A stretch of 64,000 nt of DNA from Octopus vulgaris (lineage: Eukaryota), in the NCBI GenBank assembly GCA_951406725.2, contig OX597821.1, forward strand, positions 60,016,001-60,080,000, given 5' to 3'. Shown one piece after another: positions 13,631-24,700 of the stretch. The stretch's first letter is position 1, and the number at the start of each line of letters is the position of its first letter. Made by a program: the position numbers and the translations under genes. Under the pieces are notes generated by a model, which saw nothing but the letters and a program-made list of their open reading frames with translations, ran no database searches and was not told the origin of the DNA.

Positions 13631-14220
13631 TTTGTTTCAGTCACTGGACTGTGGCCCTACCTTGAAGAGGTTAGTCAAACAAACTGACCGCACTAACTTT
13701 TTTTTTTTTGAAGAGTGGTACTTTTCCATCAACTAATATTCACTCACAAGGCATTGGTTGGCCTGGGGCTATAGCAGAAGTCACTTGCCCAAGGTGCTAT
13801 GCAGTGGGACTGAACCTAAAAACCATATTAGTTGCAAAGTGAGTTTCTTAACCACACAGCCAGATGTGTGTGTGTCTTTTGTATTTGTGCTGTGCTTTGC
13901 CCCCCACCCCCACTGCTCGACTACCAGTGTCATATATATCAACCCCAGTTTTGTTCTTTTTAAAACCTTGTACTTATTCTATCAGTTTCCTACGGCCAAA
14001 AGGCTAAGTTACAAACCAACACCAGTTGTCAAGTGGTGGAGGGGGACAAAATACACACGAAGGGCTTCTTTCGGTTTACATCTGCCAAAATCCACTCGCA
14101 AGGCTTTGATTGGCCCAAGGCAATAGTGGAAGATACTCGCCCAAAGTGCCATGCAGTGGGATTGAACCTGGATTCATGTAGTTGGGAAGCAAACTTCTTA
14201 CCACAGAGCCACATCTGTGC
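13630..14220 (-). mobile_element. Two tandem SINE family A copies
   Basis: Family A modules at about 13630-13862 and 13935-14220. Confidence 0.8.
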
Positions 14221-14232
14221 TTATATATATAC

Positions 14233-14267
<35 letters not shown>

Positions 14268-14450
14268 ACAGGAAGGTTTACGAAAATAAACAAAAGACGA
14301 AGGCAGGTGGAGTACAAACAAACAAATGTATTAGTATGGTGCTCAGGAATAGAAATAGAACAAGTCTTTTACATTTCGAGCTATGCTCTTTGACAGAAAG
14401 ATACACAGAAAAAAACGAGAGAAACAAGGAGAGAAAAGAAAAAAAAAAAA
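14268..14450 (-). mobile_element. Short hammerhead-containing element in a (TA)n tract
   Basis: Reverse complement of the 9334-9568 element; motif at 14365-14401 reads TCTTT-CTGTCAA-A-GAGC(ATA)GCTC-GAA-ATGT-A-AAAGA (CpG-decayed). Confidence 0.7.
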
Positions 14451-15319
14451 TATATATATATATATATATTTTCTTCAACAATAAGGCTCTCTCTGTCAAT
14501 GTCAAACAAATTTGACACTGATGGAGAAACAAAGTTACAAAGCTTGAAGTCTATATAGAAAGCACAACTTGAAAGCCTCCAACCAAAAAGACTGCAGCAC
14601 AGTGCTAAAGAAGAAGCAGAAAAATGGACTGAAATACAAAGTGGTTCCAGGCTGGGACACTTTATACATATGTCCAATGCAAAACTTTCTATGACAGTCT
14701 TTTATTCTGATTGCAAAGGAGAGCCTAACAATAGGGACATTAATCAAAGAGATACAGTGGTAACTGTGGGCCTATACTGCAATGGTGCTGGGCAACTGGC
14801 AATGAGTGCATTAGCTTTTATGTTGTGAAAATCATGTAAAATTCAACTGGAAGAAACATGCAAAAAATAACTTGAGTTGCCAAAAATCAGCCACAACTAC
14901 TAACCATAATGACCCCCCATGTATGAATGCTCCACGTGTGCAAGAACATCGTAATCATCGTGTAATGTCCACTTTTTCATAGTCAGACAGAATTTCTTCG
15001 GACAGATTTTCGTATTTCGTTATTGCCCTCAGTGGAATTTGAACTCAGAACATACTGGCAGATGAAATACCGCTAAGCATTTCGACCAGCTTGCTAACGT
15101 TTCTGCACACTCGCCACCTTGGGACAGATTTCTATGACCAGATGTCCTTCCTGTTGCCAACCCACACTTGTTTCCAAGTAAGCTAATATTTCCCCATGGC
15201 CAGATAAGCTTTCCATGGAAGACTGGACACAAGCAACGTCACTTGTATGACATTAATGCTCATTTACAATCATCACATGATCTCAAGACAGGTGTACACA
15301 CAAGCACATACACACTTCT

Positions 15320-15354
<35 letters not shown>

Positions 15355-15527
15355 AGAACATGAAGAGCCTCTTCCAGTTTCTGTCTAGCTAATGCAATCA
15401 CAAAACTTTGTCCAGCCTGGGGCTATAGTAGAAGTCACTTGCCCAAAGTGTCATGCAGTGAAATTGAACTCAAGATCATATGGTTGAGAAGCAAGTTTCT
15501 CAATTACAAAGCCATGGCTGTGCTTAC

Positions 15528-15570
<43 letters not shown>

Positions 15571-15823
15571 TACATACACACACACATGCAAAGGTAGGTA
15601 TACAATTATGAAAAAGAAAGCACGTACAATATATATTTTTATCAAAAAAATTAAAAGTTACAATAAAAGTATTATTATAATTATGATAAATGTATTATCA
15701 TGATTAATGACACTGAAAATATCAAAAATGATGCTAACTAATTTAATGTGCTAATAAATTTAATGAATTAAGTATTATAACAGTGATGCAATGTTTACTG
15801 CATACCTACTTTTGCACCCCTGC

Positions 15824-15873
<50 letters not shown>

Positions 15874-15917
15874 CTTACTTGCAGAAGAGAAATAACGCAT
15901 GCGTTTGGTCATATAAT

Positions 15918-16810
15918 TATATAATAAATAAATAAAATATATGCATATATACATACATATATGTACATACTTACATCTACATGTATATATACATGCATAT
16001 ATATATATATATATATATATGAGTACAGGACACCACAACTAAACGTAGAACATGAGACAAAAACATAAAATCAAACAAAGAAACGGACTTTTTTTTAACA
16101 ACGAGAAAACAAGGAAACGGACTTTTTTTAAAACAACGAAAAAACAGAGTACAGGACAAACAATACAAGGAAAATTCCCCTTCATCAGCTGCCCCTGGTT
16201 CGACTCAATGCGTGTTTCGAAGGTAAGGGCAGAACACGGCCAGGCTGAAGCAGTCCTTCCTGCAAAAAGAATTAAATAAAATTCTTTTGCAAGCCGATTT
16301 TTCACATGCGTTCTAACTAATTTTTCCACCGTCTAAGCAAAAAAAGCCCTTATTGTTGGTTCCCTGTCCTGTTTCTTTATTTGTACTGTTTTTTCTTCAT
16401 TTGTATTGCTTTTACGTCCTGTTCTTGTCACTTGTTTTACCCCTCTGCAAAAGAATTTTATTTAATTCCTTTTGCAGGAAGGACTGCTTTGGCCTGGCCG
16501 TGTTCTGCCCTTACCTTTGAAACACGCATTGAGTCAAACCAGGGGCAGCTGATGAAGATGAATTTTCCTTGTATTGTTTGTCCTGTACTCTGTTTTTTTG
16601 TTGTTTTAAAAAAAGTCTGTTTTCTTGTTTTTTCGTTGTCAAAAAAAAGTCCGTTTCCTTGTTTGATTTTATGTTTTCGTCTCTCGTGTTCAACGTTTAT
16701 TTGTGGTGTCCTGTACTCATATATATATATATATATATATGCATGTATATATACATGTAGATGTAAGTATGTACATATATGTATGTATATATGCATATAT
16801 TTTATTTATT

Positions 16811-16819
<9 letters not shown>
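15918..16819. repeat. Long fold-back inverted repeat: ~374-bp arms, 154-bp spacer, flanked by (TA)n
   Basis: 15918-16291 is the reverse complement of 16446-16819; the ORF track shows mirrored near-identical peptides on opposite strands. Confidence 0.95.
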
Positions 16820-16856
<37 letters not shown>

Positions 16857-17090
16857 TCAAAAGATTGTGAAAAATTGACAGTCAAAAATTGTGAAGCATG
16901 ACTGTCACCACTACTACATGAACCTGAAGATTGCATAATTTAATGCATGAAAGTACTAGTTCAATCAGAATGAACATTTAACATTCTATTATTTTATTTT
17001 ATTTTATTTTATTATATTATATTATCTTATATTATATCATTATAAGATTGTAAATAAAACGTGAAAATCAGACAAGGTTGGAATTCCTTT

Positions 17091-17177
<87 letters not shown>

Positions 17178-17899
17178 AAAAGAACATCCCACTAATATTA
17201 AGCAACTGTATACCTACTTTTGCCCATCCCTGTGTGTATGTGCTTTATTTGTGGGTTAACACATGTGATCACTCCAAGAAATGGAGATGTGAAGTATACT
17301 TCAAAATAATTTAGTTTTAAATTCAACTCTTAAACATTGATATTACACAAAGGTTAAGTGATAGTTAATAAACAGTATTAGTCAACAGAAATATTATATG
17401 CAACTCAGAAATGAAAACAAGTTTACCTTGACAAAATATAGTGTCATGATAATTAAAAATATCATGTTCCAAATTGCATTTTAAAAGAATTTTTGAATTT
17501 GTATTTATTTAGGCACTGTTGTTATTATAATACATCAAAAAGGATTGAGAATAACTATCCATATTTTTTCAGTGAAGATTAAACAAATGTATCTTTAAAA
17601 TCATGAGCTGAAAGTGTTTATTTTAAGACATGCTTTGTTCTAACTTCTTCAGGCCTTTGTCACAATTTCCTGTCAGGATCATATCTGTTTTGCAAGTTTC
17701 CAATGACAAAAGGATCTGTTTTATTTTAAACTACATGCAAGGCAAATTTTAGTAAAGCAGGTTGTGTTTTCAAATGAATCAACTGCAGCATATTTCTGAT
17801 ATTTATTTTATAAAAACAGAATGAAGAGAAGCAAACCCCAGTCCAGAGTGACACAACAATTTTGTCTGAGAATCTCATACTTTAAGGGTACACAAAACA

Positions 17900-18030
17900 T
17901 GTTGATTTCACCATAAGCAGTTAATTCAGTTGTTTAAACAATATTTGTCAAAGCTGATGGCAAGTCATTTATAAAAAGTTGGACCATTGGTATAACCAGG
18001 ATGTTCTGATGATCTGATGAGCTAGCTAGC
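17900..18030 (-). pseudogene. CR1/Jockey-like RT fragment
   Basis: QNILVIPMVQLFINDLPSAL resembles the QGS.LGP.LF.LFINDLP RT motif. Confidence 0.4.
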
Positions 18031-18369
18031 TTTATTTGTATTGGTTTGTGAATATACAATTCATTGTATAATGCACAGCATGCATATGAATGTAAACATG
18101 TAAACATAATTTTATTATGCACTGAAATTATTACTACATGAAGAAGTCTGCAGAACAGGTGTAATTCTAACAATGTCAAGAGGTTAAATAAATATCTTCA
18201 CCTCTCATACCTCTTGATACTTTATGGTTTATACACACACTTGTATATCTATCTATCTACCCACCTATCTATCTATCTACATATATAGTTATCTCTCTCT
18301 CATATATATATATGCTCGACTAAAGGCGGTGCTCCAGCACTGCCACAGTCAAATGACTGAAACAAGTAA

Positions 18370-18434
<65 letters not shown>

Positions 18435-18504
18435 TATATATAGATAGATAGATAAAACTTACTTGGAAGAGGATGCATGGCGTTCAATCATATGATAATA
18501 TAAA

Positions 18505-18539
<35 letters not shown>

Positions 18540-18542
<3 letters not shown>

Positions 18543-19040
18543 TTTGTTTCAGTCATTTGACTGTGGCTATGCTGGAGCACTGCCTTTAGTCAAATAAATC
18601 ACCCCCAGGACTTATTTTTGCAAACCTAGTACTTATTCTATCAGTCTCTTTTACTGAACTGCTAAGCTATGGGGGCATAAACACACCAACATCAGTTGTC
18701 AAGCGATGGTAGGGGCACAGACACAGAAACATACATACGACAGACTTCTTCCAGTTTCTGTCTGCCAAATCCACTCACAAGGCTTTGGTCGGCCCGAGGC
18801 TACAGTAGAAGACATTCATTCACCCAAGGTGCCACAGTGGGTCTGAACCCAGAACCATGTGGTTGGGAAGCAAGCGTCTTAACACACAGCCACACCTGAC
18901 AGGTTTCTTTCAATTTCCACCCACCAAATCCACTCACAAAACTTTGCTTGGCCCACATATGCCCATGGTTCTACACAGTGGAACAGAACACCTCAACTAT
19001 GTGGTTGGGAAGCAAACATCATTCCACACAGCTATGCCCA
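18540..19040 (-). mobile_element. SINE family A with a second partial head
   Basis: Full 3' module and head at 18540-18897, another head fragment at 18898-19040. Confidence 0.8.
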
Positions 19041-19119
19041 TATATAAATCCTTAAATCCTTAAAAATGTTTTAGCCAGAAGGCCGCGGCCATGCTGGGGC
19101 ACCACCGCTGAAAAAAGGT

Positions 19120-19218
19120 AGTTGACCTCGGCGGAATTTGAACTCACAACGTAACGGCAGACGAAATACCGCTCAGCATTTCGCCCGGCGTACTAACTAT
19201 TCTGCCAGCTCGCCGCCT
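19120..19218 (-). mobile_element. SINE family B head, CpG-rich (young)
   Basis: rc ggcggcgagctggcagaatagttagtacgccgggcgaaatgctgagcggtatttcgtctgccgttacgttgtgagttcaaattccgccgaggtcaac. Confidence 0.85.
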
Positions 19219-19241
19219 TTATTTATATATATATATATATA

Positions 19242-19286
<45 letters not shown>

Positions 19287-20569
19287 TTCTATTTTTTCTA
19301 AATTTCACTCAATATTTCCTTTTTCACTCAACAATAAAAACTAGGATAATTACCAAAAAAGAAAACTTTATGCAAACGTGCAATGCCCAAATGCATTTGG
19401 TTGCAAACTTGATTCTTCAACAATCAATTTTGATGTGTAGCTGGAAAAGTACTTAACCATTATCAATGAAGAGAAGCTAGTTGTTAGATAGATACATTGC
19501 TGTTCTTTCTACTAAATCAAAATGACATTACCACTCTGCACAAATGAAATGAAAACCTAAATAAAGACGAGTACAAACAAAACAAAACAAAAATAGGGGG
19601 GTATAGACCACTATAACACAACAAAATAATTCTCTTATTCTTTTTTTTTAGCATCACATGTCTACTTACAAATTTACTTGTTTTTATTTTTTCTTGACAT
19701 CCACACACTAGGTGAGTTACTGAAGTGAAGGCACATGTTTGTCTGTCTGTATGTCTGTGTATGATTATACATAGTAAAAAAAAAAAAAAAAGGCTTGTAT
19801 ACACACACACACACAGAGAATCATGAATCAGTATCTAATAAAAGTTTAGTAATGTGACCACTTTTAATCATATTTTATAACCTGATGATAATGATGCTGA
19901 TGATGACGACAACGATGATGGTGATGATGATGAACAACACAATCATTAATTTTTTCATTTTTTTTCTTCTTTTTTTTGTGTGTGTGGTTATTACTGACTG
20001 TTGATAGCATAATGCTTTTCCATTTCTATAACCACTGCACTATTAATAGGGCTGATATTGATTGAACAAGTGTGATTTTGTACCCATTATTGCTTTGAGG
20101 CATATGGCTAGCTTTGTCCTTCTCAAAACAATGAACACTTTGATAATCAAAGCTTATACCTCGCCTGCTATCAATGTAAGCCCTATCTTTAAGCAAGCCA
20201 TCTAATAATATGATGTACAGTATGGTATAATGTAATATCCACAATGTATTATATTTATAGAGTTATCTTGAAAAAAAGAAAAAAATTCATCTTCTGACAG
20301 AGGTTTGATAAAGATGAAACAGGCTTGGCCAGATTAATGTTAATACTATGAACTGCTGTGAAGGTGCTGAGTGTAACAAAACAGATGCAATCCTTCTAAG
20401 CTTTGTAAGGCCAACACAAAGATAAGGATTTAAAACCAATTTTAGTGATGATAATAGCAAACTGAAATGACAATCAATTACCACCATCATCATTATCATC
20501 ATCGTCATTTCATGCTGACATGGGTTGAACAGTTAGACAGAGATGCAATGGGTGGGAGGATCAGGTTTT

Positions 20570-20760
20570 GCTGAACATTAAGCCTGATGGAGGCATAGTG
20601 GCTGAGTTCCCTTCAAGCATTGGGCCTGATGGAGACAAAGTGGCTGAGTTCCTTTCGAGCATTGGGCCTCATGGAGGAGAGGTGGCTGAGTTCTTTTCAA
20701 ACAAGCCTCACAGAGGTGTGGTGGCTGAGTTCCTTTTGAGTGTGGGGCCTCCTGGAGGTA
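20570..20760 (+). repeat. 42-bp minisatellite, about 4.5 units, at the 5' side of a family C repeat
   Basis: GCTGAGTTC recurs at 20601, 20643, 20685 and 20724. Confidence 0.9.
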
Positions 20761-21047
20761 ATGATCAAGGTCTTTGGCATTATATCATGCTTGAGAAGAT
20801 GACCCATCAAGCTGAGCAAAATTGCAGTCATGACAGATACTGGTGTCATGCAAATGGCACCTGTGCCAGTGGTACGTAAAAGCATCTATTACAATCTCAG
20901 AGTGGTTGGCGTTAGGAAGGGCATCCAGCCATAGAAAGCCATACCAAATCAGACTGGAGCCAAGCACAGCCTTCCGGTGCGCCAGCCTAGTCAAACCGTC
21001 CAACCTATGCCAGTATAAACAAGGGACATTAAATGATGATGATGATG
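20760..21047 (+). mobile_element. Family C repeat (probable RTE-tailed SINE, (TGA)n tail)
   Basis: ..gttggcgttaggaagggcatccagccatagaaagccataccaaatcagactggag..aaccgtccaacctatgccagtat..ggacattaaatgatgatgat; homologs near 21175, 24115, 30245, 30645, 44430, 55010 and 61405. Confidence 0.8.
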
Positions 21048-21497
21048 GATGACATTCCTAACACCAGCTTCTTTACAACATGTACAGAGTGCTTTTTGCT
21101 TATTTTTAGAGGTACCGGCACAGGCAGCACTAGCGAGGCTGCTAGTGACTTACAAAGCAGCCTCACTAGTACAAGTGCTCTGAACAAAAGCATTCAGTAG
21201 ATTTTGGCTTTAGGAAGGGTATCCAGCTGCAGAAACTATGTTAAAATAGAACTGCTCGGGCACAATGCAGTTCTCTGACTCATCAGATCTTGTTGAACTG
21301 CTCAACCCATGCCATTATGATATGCAGATGTAAAACGATAATGATGGTAATCATATCTCATCATAGCAGTGTAGCATTCCTAAGTATATAAAATAAATAA
21401 ATAAATAAATATAATAAAATAAATAAAACCTACTAAATCCACAATACTTTAACTTAGGTTATAAATGATAAGATTTATTTTGTTTTTCAAGTATATT

Positions 21498-21922
21498 TTA
21501 ACCTATTTGTTACTGTATTTATTTTGAGGAGCTGGCAGAAACATTAGCACGCCAGGCAAAATGCTTAGCAGTATTTCATCTGCCATTACTTTCTGAGTTC
21601 AAATTCCGCCGAGGTTGACTTTGCCTTTCATCCTTTCAGGGTCGATAAATAAAGTACCAGTTATGCATTGGGATTGATGTAATCAACGTAATCCCTTTGT
21701 CTGTCCTTGTTTGTCCCTTCTATGTTTAGCCCCTTGTGGGCAATAAAGAAATAAATTACTTCAAATATAACAAAGAATTTAGTAAAATAACTTAGTTATC
21801 ATTAAGTTAGTGTTAGGAACATAAATTGCGACTAAGGATTGGTGGAAGATTTTAATCCAAAACTTATGAAAACAAAACATTTGTACTCAGAGCCAGAGCT
21901 GGGTTGGTAACAAAAGGATTAA
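21498..21922. mobile_element. piggyBac-like MITE interrupted by a family B SINE (21527-21752)
   Basis: TTAA-cctatttgttac ... gtaacaaaagga-TTAA; homologous to 44113-44341. Confidence 0.65.
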
Positions 21923-22166
21923 AATAATCAATTACAAAATAAGGATGAAGATGCATATCTAAGTACTATAAAAGAAATGGTAAGCACTTGAAAAGTTGCT
22001 AATTGAGAACTGTGACATGGTTTCAAATCCAAATCAAAACGATTTCATTGTACAGTGCCAATATTTTGAGAAAGGCATGAAAGTCACAATATTCTGTATC
22101 TTCCTTTGCCTAAATGTATTAGTCTTTTGTATTTAATAAAAAAAAAAAAGATATAAATTTGTATGT

Positions 22167-22570
22167 AGGTGCAGGCATGGCTGGCTGTATGGTAAGAAAT
22201 TTACTTCCCAATCACATGATGCTAGGTTCAGTCAGTCCCGCTGCGTGACACCTTGGGGAAGTGCCTTCTACTATTGTTTCAGATTGATCAAATACTTGTG
22301 AATGGATCTGGTGGATAGAAACTGAAAGAAGCCTGTCTTTTATGTGTGTGTGTTTCTTTGTGTCTGTGTTGTACCCTACCACCACTTGACAACTGGTGGG
22401 GTGTTTACATCCCAACAACCTGTAACTTAGTGGTTTGGCAAAAGGGATTGACAGAATAAGTACCAGACTTAAAAAATTATGAGTATTGGGGTTGATTCAT
22501 TCAATTAAAAATTCTTCAAGGCAGTGCCCCAACATGACCACAGTCTAATGATTGAAACAAGTAAAAGATA
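22167..22570 (+). mobile_element. SINE family A, full length
   Basis: Head to tail ..gcagtgccccaacatgaccacagtctaatgattgaaacaagtaaaagata. Confidence 0.85.
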
Positions 22571-22895
22571 AAAATCCAAGCAGTGAAAAGAAAGAGAATT
22601 CCAGGTTAAAATATTTTCCAGTATTTCATTTCATTCAGCACCCAAGTGAGTATTAGTGAGAAGGGCATCTGGCCATTAAAAAATCTGTTTCAACAAAATC
22701 CTGTCTGACCCATGTAAGCATAGAAAAGTGGACGTTAAATGATGGTGATATTGACTGAAGTTGATGAAACATGTACCAGTAATACATTACATCAGTGACC
22801 GATTAAATCTCTCTCTTACAAAATTTAGCTTTGTGAACAACCAAAAGAAATCATTATCATTTACACAAAAAGTCACCAATTACGTTATAAATACT

Positions 22896-22944
22896 TTTAA
22901 ATAAAGTCGTATTATTACTGTATAATAATACGACTTTATTTAAA
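22896..22944. repeat. Perfect 22-bp-arm palindrome with 5-nt loop
   Basis: TTTAAATAAAGTCGTATTATTA-ctgta-TAATAATACGACTTTATTTAAA. Confidence 0.95.
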
Positions 22945-23051
22945 CTTTTCTTGTTTACGATAGTTTCTTTGAAACGGAGCAGGACGTTTAAAGTTAGAAA
23001 TACACACAAGCTAATGTAGTGAATATTTTAGAAATAGATGTTAAATGCTGT

Positions 23052-23113
23052 TTTCAACTGAAGATCGCAAAGCATGTTTATCATGCAAAGCGTGAAATCA
23101 ATTGGTATTGAAA
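23052..23113 (+). ncRNA. Type I hammerhead ribozyme motif with extended stem II
   Basis: TTTCAA-CTGAAGA-T-CGC-aaa-GCATG(tttat)CATGC-aaa-GCG-T-GAA-ATCAATTGGT-A-TTGAAA; stem III one change from the palindrome ACCAATTGGT; GUA triplet. Confidence 0.75.
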
Positions 23114-23429
23114 CATGTATTACTTATCTTTGTATTCCAATCAGAGGTAAGCCTATTTCTGAAATGTTCATTGCATTGCTTGTATGTATTTTTATCATAA
23201 CTTTTATGGTGTTTTTTTTTAGCTAGGACTTTGATTTTAGCAAGTGGAATTTATACTCTACTTTTCTTTATAAATATCTTTATGTGATTTTGACCTCACA
23301 CCTCATCCATGTTGTATATTACTCTGGAAAACATATCTAGTAGATAGTAGCCTTAACTGTAAAAGATGAATAACAAAGTAAATTCTAGATGAATATTGGG
23401 AAAAAATATCAAATGATCATTTGACCAAC

Positions 23430-23655
23430 CAGACAACCAGCTGCTGTTACACATCGCTGGTCACAATGCACTTTGCACTGTTTTAGCCTTCGAATGATGC
23501 CACCCCACTGGTTAGGTGAGCAGGCCAATATTCCTCTTGATTGAAAGGGGGGACTGGAGCAACATGAAACAAAGTGTTATACTAAAGAACACAATGTACT
23601 GCCTGGTCTAGGAATTGAACCTATGATCAAGTGATCATGAGTGCAACAGCCACGT
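23430..23655 (-). mobile_element. tRNA-headed SINE of a further family
   Basis: rc carries ggttcaattcctagacc B-box followed by ..ttgtgttctttag..acactttgtttcatgttgctccagtcc. Confidence 0.55.
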
Positions 23656-24289
23656 GTCTCTTTGTCTTCAATCATCATCAGCATGATCATAATAAGCAGG
23701 TGAGGGAGCTTCTATATAGCTATTTGACTTGCTAGAACCATACTGGACAAACAAACAAAAAAAGTGGCAGGGAGAGACACATTATGATAATGTGTCCTTT
23801 TAACAATATGGTCCCATGAAAAAAAGATGAAATGGTTTCACCTGAAACATTTTTAGTTATAGGTGAGGCATGGTTATGTAGTTAAGAACCTTGCTTCTCA
23901 ACCATTCGGTCTTGGGTTCAGTCCCACAATGTGACATGAGCATCACTGTCATATAAGTTGCTTGTTTTCAGCCCTTTGTGAAAGCTATGTCAAGCTATAG
24001 GGAAAATACCACCTTGCTTGGAAACAGATGAGGGTTGGTGATAGGAAGAACATCAAGGTATAGGAAAATCTGCCTTGACAAATTTCAGCTGATTTATGCA
24101 AGAATGGAAAATCATCGTCATCAGACATCCATTTTCCATGCTGGCATGGGTTGGACAGTTTGTCAGGAGCTGGCAAGCCAGGGAGCTCCACCAAGTTTTT
24201 TTTCTTTTTTTGGCATGGTTTCCAAGGCTGGATGCCCTTCCTAATGCACACGATTTTACAGAGTGTATTGGGAACCTTTTACATGACAC

Positions 24290-24700
24290 TGGCCTAGGAG
24301 CTTTTATATGTGACACTAGCACAAGTGCTTTATATGTGTCATGGGCACAGGTGCTTTATATGTGCCATGGGCATAGGTGCTTTACATGTGGCACGGGCAC
24401 AGGTGCTTTACATGTGACACAGGCACGGGTGCTTTACATGTGACACAGGCACAGGTGCTTTACATGTGGCACAGGCACAGGTGCTTTACATGTGGCACAG
24501 GCACATGTGCTTTACATGTGGCACAGGTACAGGTGCTTTACATGTGGCACAGGTAGAGGTGCTTTACATGTGGCACAGGCACAGGTGCTTTACATGTGGC
24601 ACAGGTAGAGGTGCTTTACATGTGACACAGGTACAGGTGCTTTACATGTGGCACAGGTGCTTCACATGTAACACAGGCCCGTGCTTTATAAGTGGCACGG
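24290..24700. repeat. 26-bp minisatellite, about 15 units, expanded from a family C element
   Basis: Unit acaggtgctttacatgtggcacaggc; period 26 (gcttta at 24431 and 24457); follows the family C body at 24115-24290. Confidence 0.95.

Noticed and set aside
16381-16878. 165-aa ORF and its mirrored partners
   Set aside because: Runs through TA tracts and low-complexity arms of the inverted repeat; mirroring is explained by the palindrome.
20568-20879. ORF with 14-aa repeats GPxGGxVAEFLSSI
   Set aside because: Product of a 42-bp minisatellite running into a family C repeat; no splice or homology support.
24290-24700. CRISPR-like regular array
   Set aside because: Head-to-tail 26-bp units with no unique spacers, eukaryotic context, no cas genes.
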